A DNA stretch of 64,000 bases from Abditibacterium sp. (GCA_965246885.1 OZ251992.1:1472001-1536000), one strand, 5' to 3'; positions 28,943 through 38,322 are shown, counted from the first letter of the stretch. Translations and numbers: made by a program. Notes: generated by a model not told the origin, from the letters alone.

Positions 28943-29581
28943 TTAGCGCGAAACGAAGGCGAGCCGCACGCCCAAAACCGTCAGCAGTGTTCCCGCGCCG
29001 ATGCCCATGCCGCGCGCGGTGCGCGGATGCCGCCCCAAAAACGCGCCCAACTTGCCCGCGACGGCGCCCACAACGCAGAACCAACTGAGCGCAAGCACGC
29101 AGAGCGTCAAGCCCAGAAACGCGATTTGCAGCGATGCCGCGACGCCTTTGCCCGCGACAAAGCCGGGCAAATACGCGGCAAAGGTGAGGGCGACTTTCGG
29201 GTTGAGCACGTTCGTCAAAACGCCTTGGCGCCACACCGCGCGCGTTGAAACCGCCGCCCCAACCGGCGCGGCATCGGGCGCAAAAGGCGAAACTTGGGCG
29301 CGGAGCGTCGAGACGCCAATCCAAATCAGATACGCCGCGCCCGCCCACTTCACGACGTTGAACACTTCGCTCGATGCGAACAAAAGTAGCGTCAATCCCG
29401 ACGCCGCGAGCAACGTGTGGCACAGCAACCCGCACGCGATACCCGCCGCCGACGCGAGTCCCGCGCGCGGCCCAAGCGTCATGCCGCGACTGAGCACATA
29501 GAGAAAATCCGGCCCCGGCAAGGCAATCAGCGCCAGCGCCCCAACGCAAAACAGAAAAAACGAGGCCGGAGCAATGGGCAT
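28943..29581 (-). CDS. LysE/RhtB family translocator
   Basis: PGPDFLYV, KWAGAAYLIWIG, NVLNPK. Confidence 0.92.
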   Translation of the reverse strand: MPIAPASFFLFCVGALALIALPGPDFLYVLSRGMTLGPRAGLASAAGIACGLLCHTLLAASGLTLLLFASSEVFNVVKWAGAAYLIWIGVSTLRAQVSPFAPDAAPVGAAVSTRAVWRQGVLTNVLNPKVALTFAAYLPGFVAGKGVAASLQIAFLGLTLCVLALSWFCVVGAVAGKLGAFLGRHPRTARGMGIGAGTLLTVLGVRLAFVSR

Positions 29582-29639
29582 GAGCACAATCGCCAACGCC
29601 CGAAAGCCCGCCGCCGTTCCACTCGGCTCCGTCCGTGTG

Positions 29640-29776
29640 TTTGGCGCGACGGCGGGGCTTTACAGCGCGACGGTCAACCTTTAAAGCGCAACGGTCGGGG
29701 CGTTTCGGGCGACCGACGCCACTTTCAGCGAGACCGTCGGCCTCTTCCGACGCGCGGTCGGGGCGTTGGGCGCGAC
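29640..29776. repeat. Degenerate 21-bp tandem array
   Basis: Units resembling CAGCGCGACGGTCGGGCTTTA. Confidence 0.55.
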
Positions 29777-29930
29777 TAATAACAGTTGCCTACTGCCGGA
29801 ATCAATTCGATTTTCGTAACTGGGGGCAAAAAGGGCGCTTGTGGAGGTAAAAAGGTCGCATGTGGCGGTAAATTTCTGGTATGTCGCCCTGCTAATCTTG
29901 CCTCTCGCCCTTTGTTTCTTCAATCAATAC

Positions 29931-30125
29931 CGCGAGAGGCAAGCTACAAACCTCCACCGTCAAGCTAAACATAGCGAGGGGCAAGAAACAACACGCGAGG
30001 GGCGAGCTAAATCACGCGAGGGGCAAGCTACATCACGCGAAAGGCACGCTACAAAGGGCGAGAGGCACGCTACAAGGGGCGAAAGGCGCGCTAAAGAGGG
30101 CCGCCGACGTGCTAAACACTTCCGC
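29931..30125. repeat. Degenerate 21-bp tandem array (~9 units)
   Basis: Units resembling CGCGAGGGGCAAGCTACATCA. Confidence 0.75.
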
Positions 30126-30170
30126 CGGACAAAAAAGGTCAAAGGTCGCGTTGCTCTAAGCCTTCGCCCC

Positions 30171-30248
30171 GTCATTTTGAGCTTGCGAAGGATCTCTAAT
30201 AACGCCTTCGACGCAGCAACTGTAGATCCTTCGCAAGCTCAGGAGGAC
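30171..30248. repeat. REP-like inverted repeat (GTCATT..GATCT type)
   Basis: GTCATTTTGAGCTTGCGAAGGATCT ... AGATCCTTCGCAAGCTCAGGAGGAC. Confidence 0.75.
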
Positions 30249-30375
30249 GAAAGGCGCACCTTGGAGGACGAAAGGTGCGCCTTAGAAGACGACGGGTGCG
30301 CCTTAGAAGACCAAAGGCGCGACTCAAGAGGCGCGGGGTGCGACTCAAGCGGCGCGGGGTGCGACGCGCGCTTGG
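30243..30375. repeat. Degenerate 21-bp tandem array
   Basis: GAGGACGAAAGGCGCACCTTG-like units grading into GGCGCGGGGTGCGACTCAAG(A/C). Confidence 0.7.
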
Positions 30376-30423
30376 AATGACAAAGTTTCGCTTTCTATTT
30401 GCCCTCTCCAGTATAATGCGGGG

Positions 30424-31542
30424 GTGAAAATCTTGGGGATGATGGCGGGCACGTCGCTCGACGGCATAGATGCGGCTTTGTGCGACATCACGGGAAGCGG
30501 CGCGGGCTTGCAAAGTCGGTTGCTCGCGTTTGAATGTGTGCCGTATGAAGCCCCACTTCGCGCGAGGTTGGCGCGGGCGTGTGCGAACGAGGCCGATGTG
30601 CGCGAGGTCGCGCGCCTCAACATTGAGGTTGGCGAAGCGTTCGCGCGGGCCGCCAACGCCATCTTCGCCGCGCACGGACGCGCGGAAGTCATCGCGTCGC
30701 ATGGGCAAACCGTCGCGCATCTGCCCGATGAGAATGCGAGTTTGCAAATCGGCGAAGGCGCGGTGATTGCCGAGCGAACCGGGGCGACCGTTGTGTGCAA
30801 CTTCCGCGCGCGCGACATGGCGGCGGGCGGGCAGGGTGCGCCGCTTGTGCCGTATGCCGATTGGGTGCTGCTGCGGCACGCCACCAAAAACCGCGTCGCG
30901 CTCAACATCGGCGGCATCGCCAACGTCTCGACCTTGCCCGCAAACTGCGCCCTCAAAGACGTGCGCGCGTGGGATACCGGGCCGGGGAACATGGCCATTG
31001 ACCACCTCGCGCAAACGCTTTTTGGCGTGGCCTTCGACAAAGACGGCGACTTGGCGGCGCGCGGCGTGCCCGCGCCGATGGAGTTGGGCGCCGTGCATCC
31101 GTTTTTCGCGCAAGGGCCGCCCAAGTCGGCGGGGCGCGAGCAGTTCGGCGCCGACTTCGCCGCGCGTTTTGGCGGCGCTCCGCACGACGCCTTGGCAAGT
31201 GCAACGTGGCTGACGGCCCATTCCATCGCCGCGTCGGTCGCGGCGTGCGCGGGCTTCGACGGCGATTATGAGATGGTAGCGTCTGGCGGCGGCGTCCATA
31301 ACGCGACACTGATGCGCATACTCGCCGAACAAATCGCGCCCGCGCCGTTGCTCACGCTCGACGCTCTCGGCATCAACCCCGACTCCAAGGAAGCGCTCGC
31401 TTTCGCGGTTTTGGGAAGCGAGACGCTGCGCGGAGTAAAAACTTCGGTTCCCGGCGCGACCGGCGCAAGCGGCGCGCGCGTGTTAGGCCAAATCATCCCC
31501 GGAAACGGCGCGGCGCACTTCGGTGAGTTGACCGAGCAGTAA
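30424..31542 (+). CDS. anmK: Anhydro-N-acetylmuramic acid kinase
   Basis: GMMAGTSLDGID, SHGQT, DMAAGGQGAPLVP, LNIGGIAN, DTGPGN, KEALAFA; TATAAT 6 nt before GTG. Confidence 0.96.
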   Translation: MKILGMMAGTSLDGIDAALCDITGSGAGLQSRLLAFECVPYEAPLRARLARACANEADVREVARLNIEVGEAFARAANAIFAAHGRAEVIASHGQTVAHLPDENASLQIGEGAVIAERTGATVVCNFRARDMAAGGQGAPLVPYADWVLLRHATKNRVALNIGGIANVSTLPANCALKDVRAWDTGPGNMAIDHLAQTLFGVAFDKDGDLAARGVPAPMELGAVHPFFAQGPPKSAGREQFGADFAARFGGAPHDALASATWLTAHSIAASVAACAGFDGDYEMVASGGGVHNATLMRILAEQIAPAPLLTLDALGINPDSKEALAFAVLGSETLRGVKTSVPGATGASGARVLGQIIPGNGAAHFGELTEQ

Positions 31543-31719
31543 CCCGACTTCCACCGCGTCGCCCTGTTTGGGGTTGGGATAAACGGATTCCGCCCCGATG
31601 CGAGAAGTTTTGGGCGCCGCGTCGGGTTTGGCATCGAGCGAAAAGGAAAGGTCGTAGAACAGTTGTCCGTGAATGTCCACGAGTTGAACGCGAAGCAAAG
31701 TCGCGCGTTGAGGTTTCAT
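31483..31719 (-). CDS. Small hypothetical protein (78 aa)
   Basis: Globular-looking sequence, CACACT 7 nt before ATG; 60-bp convergent overlap with anmK. Confidence 0.55.
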   Translation of the reverse strand: MKPQRATLLRVQLVDIHGQLFYDLSFSLDAKPDAAPKTSRIGAESVYPNPKQGDAVEVGLLLGQLTEVRRAVSGDDLA

Positions 31720-31784
31720 GAGGGGAAGTGTGACGCGCGGCGCGGTCGAGGAGTAACTCTGTGACGTGCGGTGGTAGGTGGGAA

Positions 31785-31934
31785 ACGGGGAACTGAAATC
31801 CCCGGCAACCGGGCGCGAGCGCCCAAGCGTTCTCCGAACGCGCTGCCCAATAACGCTCCCAAAGCCGCCGCGTCCGGCAGGACGCTTGGGCGCTCGCGCC
31901 CGGTTGCCGGGGATTGGGGATTTCAGTTCCCCGT
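31785..31934. repeat. Long inverted repeat (REP/REPIN-like)
   Basis: 46-bp arm ACGGGGAACTGAAATCCCCGGCAACC..CCAAGCGT; right arm carries a 7-bp duplication (GGGGATT). Confidence 0.85.
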
Positions 31935-31957
31935 CAGAGAGGCAAGGCGAACAAAAA

Positions 31958-31988
31958 GAAAACCGCCCTGTGGAAGGGCGGTTTTCTG
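31958..31988 (-). terminator. Intrinsic terminator
   Basis: AGAAAACCGCCCT..AGGGCGGTTTTCT hairpin with T-run on minus strand. Confidence 0.7.
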
Positions 31989-32009
31989 GTCTACGGTTGA
32001 AGGGGGAGC

Positions 32010-32363
32010 TTAGCGGTTCTGGTCGTCGTGGCGCTCTTGGCCATTGTGACGGCCTTGGCCGTTGTGCTTGTCGCGGTAGATGGCGCGGTCGGTGTTGTTC
32101 AAGCGGTGTTGAAGGTTGCGGCGCTCGCGGCGGGTGAGCTTGCCATGATTGTGTTTGCGGTCGCGGTGTTCGGAGCGATGGATGCTCTTGTCGCGGTTCT
32201 CCAAACGGTCAGCTTCGCGGCCCGTAAGCGAGCCGTTGCGCTCGCCCGCTTCGATGCGACCGTTCTGGTTGTGCAAGCGGTCGTTGACGGGCTGCGCGCT
32301 CGCGCTCAGCGCCAAGAATCCGGCGAGGGCCGGAACAGTGACTAACAAGGTGGTGATCTTCAT
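32010..32363 (-). CDS. Small secreted protein, Arg/His/Asn-rich
   Basis: Signal peptide ending ASA-Q; NQNGRIEAG..GSLTGREA..GKLTRRER..AIYRDKHN. Confidence 0.75.
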   Translation of the reverse strand: MKITTLLVTVPALAGFLALSASAQPVNDRLHNQNGRIEAGERNGSLTGREADRLENRDKSIHRSEHRDRKHNHGKLTRRERRNLQHRLNNTDRAIYRDKHNGQGRHNGQERHDDQNR

Positions 32364-32483
32364 GGTGTTTCCTATTCCCTTTCCTTCGGGAACGCCCTGT
32401 CAGACTGCGGCTGTTGGGCCATTGTTCATGGGCAGTTGTCCAGACAACGCGAAGGCACCGGCGCGGAACCCATTTTGCCCCTG

Positions 32484-33278
32484 ATGGGTGCCGTGAAACT
32501 CCGCTCACTTTTCCTTAGCGCCGCCGCTCTCGGCGCGCTCGGTTCCTCCGCTTCCGCCAAAATCGTGACTAAAGCCGTTCCCTATCAATCGGGAGGCGTG
32601 CAATGCGAGGGCTACCTCGCCTACGACGACGCGGCCCCCGGCAAACGGCCCGGCGTCTTGATTGCCCATCAGTGGCTCGGCCTCACCAAATACGAAAAGA
32701 CGCGCGCGGTGCAGTTGGCCTCGCTCGGTTACGTCGCTTTCGCGCTTGATTTATACGGCAAAGACAACCGCCCCAAGGACACTGCCGAAGCCGGGAAGTT
32801 GGCCGGACAGTTCAAGGCCAACCGGACGCTGTGGCGTGGGCGCGCGAACGACGGCTTGGCGACTTTGCGCGCGCAACCCAACGTGGACAGCGCCAACGTC
32901 GCGGCCATTGGCTACTGTTTGGGCGGCGGGACGGTGCTTGAACTGGCCAGAAGCGGCGCCGATGTGAAGGGCGTGGTCAGCTTTCACGGTTCGCTCGATA
33001 CGCCTACACCCGAAGACGCCAAAAACATCAAGGGCAAGGTTTTGGTGCTGCACGGCGCGCTCGACCCGTTCTCGCCCATCCCCAGCGTGTTGGCGCTTTC
33101 GGACGAAATGAATAAAGCCAAGCGCGACTATCAAATCGTGTTGTATTCGGGCGCCGTGCACTCGTTTACGCAGCCCGAAGCAGGAAACGACCCGTCCAAG
33201 GGCGCCGCATATAACGCCGACGCCGACCGCCGCTCCTTCGAGGCGATGCTCGCTTTCTTCGACGAACTGTTCCGCTAA
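32484..33278 (+). CDS. Dienelactone hydrolase family protein (exported)
   Basis: AIGYCLGG nucleophile, VSFHG, LHGALDP, HSFT; signal peptide. Confidence 0.93.
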   Translation: MGAVKLRSLFLSAAALGALGSSASAKIVTKAVPYQSGGVQCEGYLAYDDAAPGKRPGVLIAHQWLGLTKYEKTRAVQLASLGYVAFALDLYGKDNRPKDTAEAGKLAGQFKANRTLWRGRANDGLATLRAQPNVDSANVAAIGYCLGGGTVLELARSGADVKGVVSFHGSLDTPTPEDAKNIKGKVLVLHGALDPFSPIPSVLALSDEMNKAKRDYQIVLYSGAVHSFTQPEAGNDPSKGAAYNADADRRSFEAMLAFFDELFR

Positions 33279-33353
33279 AGCGAAACACGCCGGAAACAAA
33301 CGGGGAACGGCAGCTTTCTTGAGAAGTCCAGTCTCAGCTTCCGGAGGAGACCA

Positions 33354-33470
33354 ATGAGAAAACGCCGCAAACTGCTGTTTCTAACGTATTCCAGCTTCGC
33401 CCTGACGTGGCTGGGGCTGTGGATGGCGATGTGGATCGCCACACACGGCGCCCTCCTGACGGGCAACTAA
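33354..33470 (+). CDS. Small membrane peptide, 38 aa (not in ORF track)
   Basis: GGAGGAG SD 4 nt before ATG; MRKRRKLLFLTYSSFALTWLGLWMAMWIATHGALLTGN*. Confidence 0.6.
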   Translation: MRKRRKLLFLTYSSFALTWLGLWMAMWIATHGALLTGN

Positions 33471-33505
33471 ACCGCCGCGAACAAGATGTTCGCGGCGGTT
33501 TTGCT

Positions 33506-35005
33506 TTAGCCCTTATGCCCGCGAATCGCGTCGGCGAGGGCTTCGACGCTTGCGCCCGCCGCTTCAACATCGGGGACGAGGCCGTTTTCCCGCGCGGTTT
33601 TCGCGGTGATGGGGCCAATGACGGCAACGCGAAACTGCGCGCGCTGCGCCAGCACGAACTCGCGCCCGACGGCATCAAGGAATCCCAACACGGTCGAGGA
33701 CGAAGTGAAACTGACCCAGTTGATCTCGCCGCGCGTCATTCGCTCGCGCACATCTTCCGCGTTGGAAGTGTCGGGGACAGTCCTGTAAACCGGGGCAATC
33801 ACGACCTTGGCGCCGCCTTCCATCAGGCGCGTTTCGAGCGCTTCGCGGCCTTCAAGGGCGCGCACGATGAGCACGCGCTCCCCGCCCGCGCCGCGCTCCA
33901 ACAATCCCACCGCGACCGCTTCGGAAATGGAGTTTTCCGGAACGTAATCGGCCTCGATGCCGCGCTTTTGCAGGGTGCGTTTGGTGGCGGGGCCAATCGC
34001 CGCGATTTGGCACGGGCCGAACGCGCGCGAATCCAAGCCGAAGTCGCGCAGCCGCCGAAAGAAAGCATCCACGCCGTTGGTCGAGGTAAAAACGATCCAC
34101 TCGTTGCGCATCAGGCGCGGGAGTTCCTCGTCCAACACGACGGTTTCCGCGAGCGGCTCGACGCGAATCGTGGGGCATTGCAGGACGCTCGCGCCCAACG
34201 CTTCCAACCCCGCAACGAGCGAGGACGCTTGCTCGCGGGCGCGCGTCACGACAACGGTTTGTCCCCACAAGGGCCGCGTATCGAACCAGCGCAGTTCGTC
34301 GCGCAGCTTCACGACTTCGCCGACAACGATGAGCGCGGGGGTTTTGAGGCCCGCGCGTTTGACTTCCTCTTCAATGGTGGCGAGCGTGCCGACGACGGTT
34401 TGCTGGAGCGTCGTCGTGCCCCAACGAATAACGGCAACGGGTTTATCGGGCGCGTCGCCGCGCTCGGTGAGCCGCTTCACGATGAGCGGGAGCGCCTTGA
34501 TTCCCATCAGGAACACGATGGTGTCCGCGACGGGTAGGGCGTCGGGCGGCGCGTCGTCACTCGCGGTGTGGCCGGTCACGACGGCGAAACTGGACGCATA
34601 ATCGCGGTGCGTGATGGGAATCCCCGCATACGCGGGCGCCGCGATGGAACTCGAAACGCCGGGAACGACTTGAAAGGGAATCTCGTTTTCGACGCACGCG
34701 AGCGCTTCCTCGCCGCCGCGCCCGAACACGAATGGGTCGCCGCCTTTCAAGCGGCACACGGAACAGCCGCCGCCCGCGCGGTCAACAAGCAGCGCGTTGA
34801 TTTCGTCCTGCGTCATCGAGTGCTGTCCCGACCGTTTGCCCACGAAAAGAAGCTCCGCGTCGTCGCGCGCGAGGTCGAGCAGTTCGCGGCCAATCAGCGC
34901 GTCGTAAACAATGCAGTCGCACTCCTGCAACAGTTCCAAGCCGCGCCGCGTCAGCAGTTTCGGATCGCCGGGGCCAGCGCCCACCAAGTACACGGTGCCG
35001 TTCAT
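33506..35005 (-). CDS. cobA: Fused uroporphyrinogen-III C-methyltransferase / uroporphyrinogen-III synthase
   Basis: LVGAGPGDP, RLKGGDPFVFGRGGEE; HemD part VVVTRAREQA, FTSTNGV, AIGPAT, FTSSSTV. Confidence 0.95.
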   Translation of the reverse strand: MNGTVYLVGAGPGDPKLLTRRGLELLQECDCIVYDALIGRELLDLARDDAELLFVGKRSGQHSMTQDEINALLVDRAGGGCSVCRLKGGDPFVFGRGGEEALACVENEIPFQVVPGVSSSIAAPAYAGIPITHRDYASSFAVVTGHTASDDAPPDALPVADTIVFLMGIKALPLIVKRLTERGDAPDKPVAVIRWGTTTLQQTVVGTLATIEEEVKRAGLKTPALIVVGEVVKLRDELRWFDTRPLWGQTVVVTRAREQASSLVAGLEALGASVLQCPTIRVEPLAETVVLDEELPRLMRNEWIVFTSTNGVDAFFRRLRDFGLDSRAFGPCQIAAIGPATKRTLQKRGIEADYVPENSISEAVAVGLLERGAGGERVLIVRALEGREALETRLMEGGAKVVIAPVYRTVPDTSNAEDVRERMTRGEINWVSFTSSSTVLGFLDAVGREFVLAQRAQFRVAVIGPITAKTARENGLVPDVEAAGASVEALADAIRGHKG

Positions 35006-35050
35006 GCCTTCAGTGTGGCAAGGCGCGCTTCGCCTCGCGCGCCAACGGGT

Positions 35051-35258
35051 TCAAGCTGCTGTTTCTGGAAGTCAAGCTGCTGTGTCTTGGTCTCCAGAAA
35101 GAGTTTCTGGACACCAAGACACTCTTTCTGGAAGTCAAGCTGCTCTCTCTGGAAGTCAAGCTGCTCTTTCTGGAGTTCCAGAAACTCTTTCTGGAAGCCA
35201 AGAAACTCTCTCTGGAACTCCAGAAACTCCGTCTGGACGCCAAGAAACAGCAGCTTGA
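35051..35258. repeat. 21-bp tandem array (~10 units) bounded by 16-bp inverted repeats
   Basis: Units like TCTTTCTGGAAGTCAAGCTGC; TCAAGCTGCTGTTTCT (35051-35066) vs AGAAACAGCAGCTTGA (35243-35258). Confidence 0.85.
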
Positions 35259-35292
35259 CGCCCCACGCCCGTCGCTTTGGGTGCGGCGTTTC

Positions 35293-37524
35293 TCAGGGCG
35301 TGTCCCGCACGAAGGCATCCGCCGCGCGCAGGGCAAGCGCCATAATTGTCAGCGCGGGGTTCACGTCGAGGGCGCTGGGAAAGATGGAGTTATCGCACAG
35401 CCACAAGTTGGGAATCTCGTGCGAGCGGCCCCACTTGTCCACAACGGAAGCGGAAGCGTCGTCGCCCATCATGGCGGTGCCGATAACGTGGGCGTGGCGG
35501 TTGAAACTCCACATCTCCTTGGCGCCCGCAGCCGCGAAGATGTCGCGCATCAACTTTTCCGAGTGCGCGGCCATTCGCTTCTCGTTGTCTCCCTCGGTGA
35601 AATGCAAACGCGGCTTGGGCAATCCGCGCCCGTCGCGTTCGTCCGAGAGTTCGAGGAAGTTGCCCGCGTAGGGCAAGCAGTCGCCGAGGATATTGATGCC
35701 CGCCGTGCGGTTATAGCCGTTCAAGTGGTCGCGCAGTTCGGGGCCGAACTTCTTCTCGCCGCGCGCGTATTGGCTGGCGTAGGTGACGGGCATCACGCCG
35801 AGCGACTGGAGCAAGTAACCGCCCGCGAAGTCGGCATCCTTGGGCCGGTGCGTGTCGTGCGAGATGAGGCCGCCGGGGATGCCTTTGTAGGGGCGCGTTT
35901 CGTCCTCGAACTGCGCCCACACTTGCATGCCGGGATGCGCCATAAAGTTGCGCCCGACTTGCCCGCTCGCGTTGCAAAGCCCGTTAAGCAGCAACAAGCG
36001 CGGCGTTTCGACGGCGCCCGCGCACAGAAAGAGGGCCTTGGTCTTCTGCCGATGTTCGTTGCCCTGCGCGTCGGTGTAAACGACCGCGACGACTTTGCCG
36101 CCGCTTGTTTCAATGCGCGTGAAGAACGATTCGGGGCGGATTTCCGCTCCCTTGCTGACGGCAAAGGGAATCCAAGTGACATCCACGCTCGACTTACCGC
36201 CCGTCGAACATCCCGCCTGACAGAAGCCGCGATTGGAACAGGCCGCGCGCCAGCCGACGCCGTTTTGGAAATACGGCGCGGACAAGGCGGCGTTGGGCGC
36301 GGCGGAGGTCTTGATGCCGAGAGCGTCGCAGCCGCGTTGCATCAGTTGCGCTCCGGCGTTGAGCGGGAGCGGCGCGAGGGGATAAGCCCTACGCGGCGGC
36401 CCCCAAGGATACGGGCTGGGGCCGGAAACGCCGATGAACGCTTCCACTTCGTCGTAATACGGCTCCAAATCTTCGTAGCCGAGCGGCCAATCGAACCCGA
36501 CGCCGAAATCGCTTTTCAAGCGGAAATCTTCGGGCAGGGCGCGCGGCGTGTAAGCGGTGTAATGGATGGTCGAGCCGCCCACGCCGATGCCAGAGTTGTT
36601 GGAGCCGAACGCGACAGGGTTGTCGCCCGCCGACAAACGCTCGTCCAGCCAAAACAAAAAGCCTTGCGCGCGCTCGTCGGTGGCAAAATTGCGCGGGTCG
36701 TGCCACTTGCCCGCTTCCAAAGCGACGACGTTCAAACCCTTAGACGCCAAGCGCGCCAACAACGGGCCTCCCCCGGCGCCCGTGCCGATGACAACGGCGT
36801 CCACTTCGTCATCGTTCGAGAATCGGCGCATGTTGCCGAGCGATTCCGGCGCGATATTCTTCCACTCAGTTACTTGCGCCGACGACAGAACTATGTCTAC
36901 CGACGGTTGACTTACGTGCGCCGACGGTTGACTTACGTGCGCCAACGGTTGACTTACATCGGTCAAAGGCTCACCGGCGTGATTCTGCGGTTCGCGCGCG
37001 TGCCGCTCGGTCAGCCCGATGCGCGTCCACCCCAGCGCGTCGGCGAAGCCCGCGTAGTTTTGTCCGGCCTGAGTCGAAGGAAGCGCGGCGTAGTTCTCGA
37101 CGACCTCGGCCAGAAAATCAGAAAAGAAGCGGTGCGCGTCGAAGCCGTCGGGGAGCGTCGTGAGCGAGCCGTCGCGCACGTCAACCAGCAGGCCGCTTTG
37201 GTCGTCGGCGTCGGCTTCATCAAAACCGCGCGCACGTAGCGCCGCAAGCACGATGGAGATGGCTTGCCCGTCTTCTGGCAAAGACGCGAAGCGCCAACCG
37301 TTGCCGGTGCCTTTTCCGAGCCGCTCGTCTATGTTGGACGCGATGCGCTCGCCCGCCGCGTCCTCGGTCAGGCGCGCGCAGACGGCGCGAAGCGTGGTGT
37401 AGTCGGCGGGCGAAAAGAAGGTTGGCTCGGCGTTGGGATGGGCGCGCAACCGCTCATGAATGGCGGCGCGCGTGGCGGGCGAGACGGCGTCGGAAGCGAG
37501 CAGGTCGAGGAAATAATCGGGCAT
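35293..37524 (-). CDS. GMC oxidoreductase with fused N-terminal gluconate-2-dehydrogenase subunit-3-like domain
   Basis: VIGTGAGGG, VGGSTIHY, CSNRGFCQAGC, HVIGTAMMG, NPALTIMALA; N-terminal FFSPADYTTLRAVCARL..GWRFASLP. Confidence 0.9.
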   Translation of the reverse strand: MPDYFLDLLASDAVSPATRAAIHERLRAHPNAEPTFFSPADYTTLRAVCARLTEDAAGERIASNIDERLGKGTGNGWRFASLPEDGQAISIVLAALRARGFDEADADDQSGLLVDVRDGSLTTLPDGFDAHRFFSDFLAEVVENYAALPSTQAGQNYAGFADALGWTRIGLTERHAREPQNHAGEPLTDVSQPLAHVSQPSAHVSQPSVDIVLSSAQVTEWKNIAPESLGNMRRFSNDDEVDAVVIGTGAGGGPLLARLASKGLNVVALEAGKWHDPRNFATDERAQGFLFWLDERLSAGDNPVAFGSNNSGIGVGGSTIHYTAYTPRALPEDFRLKSDFGVGFDWPLGYEDLEPYYDEVEAFIGVSGPSPYPWGPPRRAYPLAPLPLNAGAQLMQRGCDALGIKTSAAPNAALSAPYFQNGVGWRAACSNRGFCQAGCSTGGKSSVDVTWIPFAVSKGAEIRPESFFTRIETSGGKVVAVVYTDAQGNEHRQKTKALFLCAGAVETPRLLLLNGLCNASGQVGRNFMAHPGMQVWAQFEDETRPYKGIPGGLISHDTHRPKDADFAGGYLLQSLGVMPVTYASQYARGEKKFGPELRDHLNGYNRTAGINILGDCLPYAGNFLELSDERDGRGLPKPRLHFTEGDNEKRMAAHSEKLMRDIFAAAGAKEMWSFNRHAHVIGTAMMGDDASASVVDKWGRSHEIPNLWLCDNSIFPSALDVNPALTIMALALRAADAFVRDTP

Positions 37525-37563
37525 CGGGGGGAAAGGCGCAAAGCGTGTTCCGACGGAAGCCGG

Positions 37564-38322
37564 TTATTTGTCCACCCACTCACACTCCAACTCCAACCGC
37601 GCCCCTTGGCCACGAAAGGTGCCCCGGTGCGGGGCGCAGTCGTGGAAGTCGCGGCCTTTGGCGACGGGCAGGTATCCCGCGCCCGCACTTCGTCCGTGCG
37701 TTGGGTCGAGGGCGTGCCACGCGCGCTCAAACGCCACTTCCACCCACGCATGAAGCGCACCGGGAAAAGGGCCAAAGCCCGCGACATAGCGCGCGGGCAA
37801 GCCAGAAGCACGCGCCAAGCCGAGCAGAACGTGCGCGAAGTCAGCGCAACTACCGCTCTTCTGCTCCCAGACGTCCGCCGCGCGGCGCGGGGCGTCCGCC
37901 GTTTCATGGCGGTAGGCGAGCGACTGGAAAACGAGGGCGTTCAGCGCGTCCGCGCGCTCCCGGCCCGGAAGCGCGCGCATCTCGCGCCCGATTGCTACGA
38001 ACTCTGGCGCGAAGGGAACGGCGCGCGAGGGAAGTTTCCAGTGGCTGAGCGCGCCCCGTTCGAGCGGCTCGGCGGCGGGCGGAGCGCCTGTTTCGATGAG
38101 GAGCGATAAGCAAAACTCACGCTCGATGCGCGCGTGGCAAAGCGAGAGAACGCGATTACCGAAGCGGTCGGTGACTTCGCTTTGGGCGGAGGGTGGGGGG
38201 GAAATGGCAAGCGTTTCCCCCGCGCCCATCCTTTCGGGGCGCGGCAGAACGCGCAGGATGCGCCGGCAGTCGCGCGCGGGCACGTCGTAGAGAACGCGCA
38301 ACTCCAAGCGGACGCGCTCCAT
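37564..38322 (-). CDS. Transglutaminase family protein
   Basis: DRFGN, GSCADFAH, PARYVAG, HAWVEV, LDPT, GRDFHDCAP. Confidence 0.9.
   Translation of the reverse strand: MERVRLELRVLYDVPARDCRRILRVLPRPERMGAGETLAISPPPSAQSEVTDRFGNRVLSLCHARIEREFCLSLLIETGAPPAAEPLERGALSHWKLPSRAVPFAPEFVAIGREMRALPGRERADALNALVFQSLAYRHETADAPRRAADVWEQKSGSCADFAHVLLGLARASGLPARYVAGFGPFPGALHAWVEVAFERAWHALDPTHGRSAGAGYLPVAKGRDFHDCAPHRGTFRGQGARLELECEWVDK

Noticed and set aside
29841..30380. 179-aa CDS
   Set aside because: Composed of repeat arrays and a REP hairpin with atypical codon use; probably spurious
35051..35258. CRISPR array (also considered for the other 21-bp arrays)
   Set aside because: Contiguous degenerate units without unique spacers; no cas genes
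35281..37239. 652-aa plus-strand ORF (and similar long antisense ORFs such as 14822..16066, 55470..56981)
   Set aside because: Antisense shadows of well-supported genes, expected in high-GC DNA
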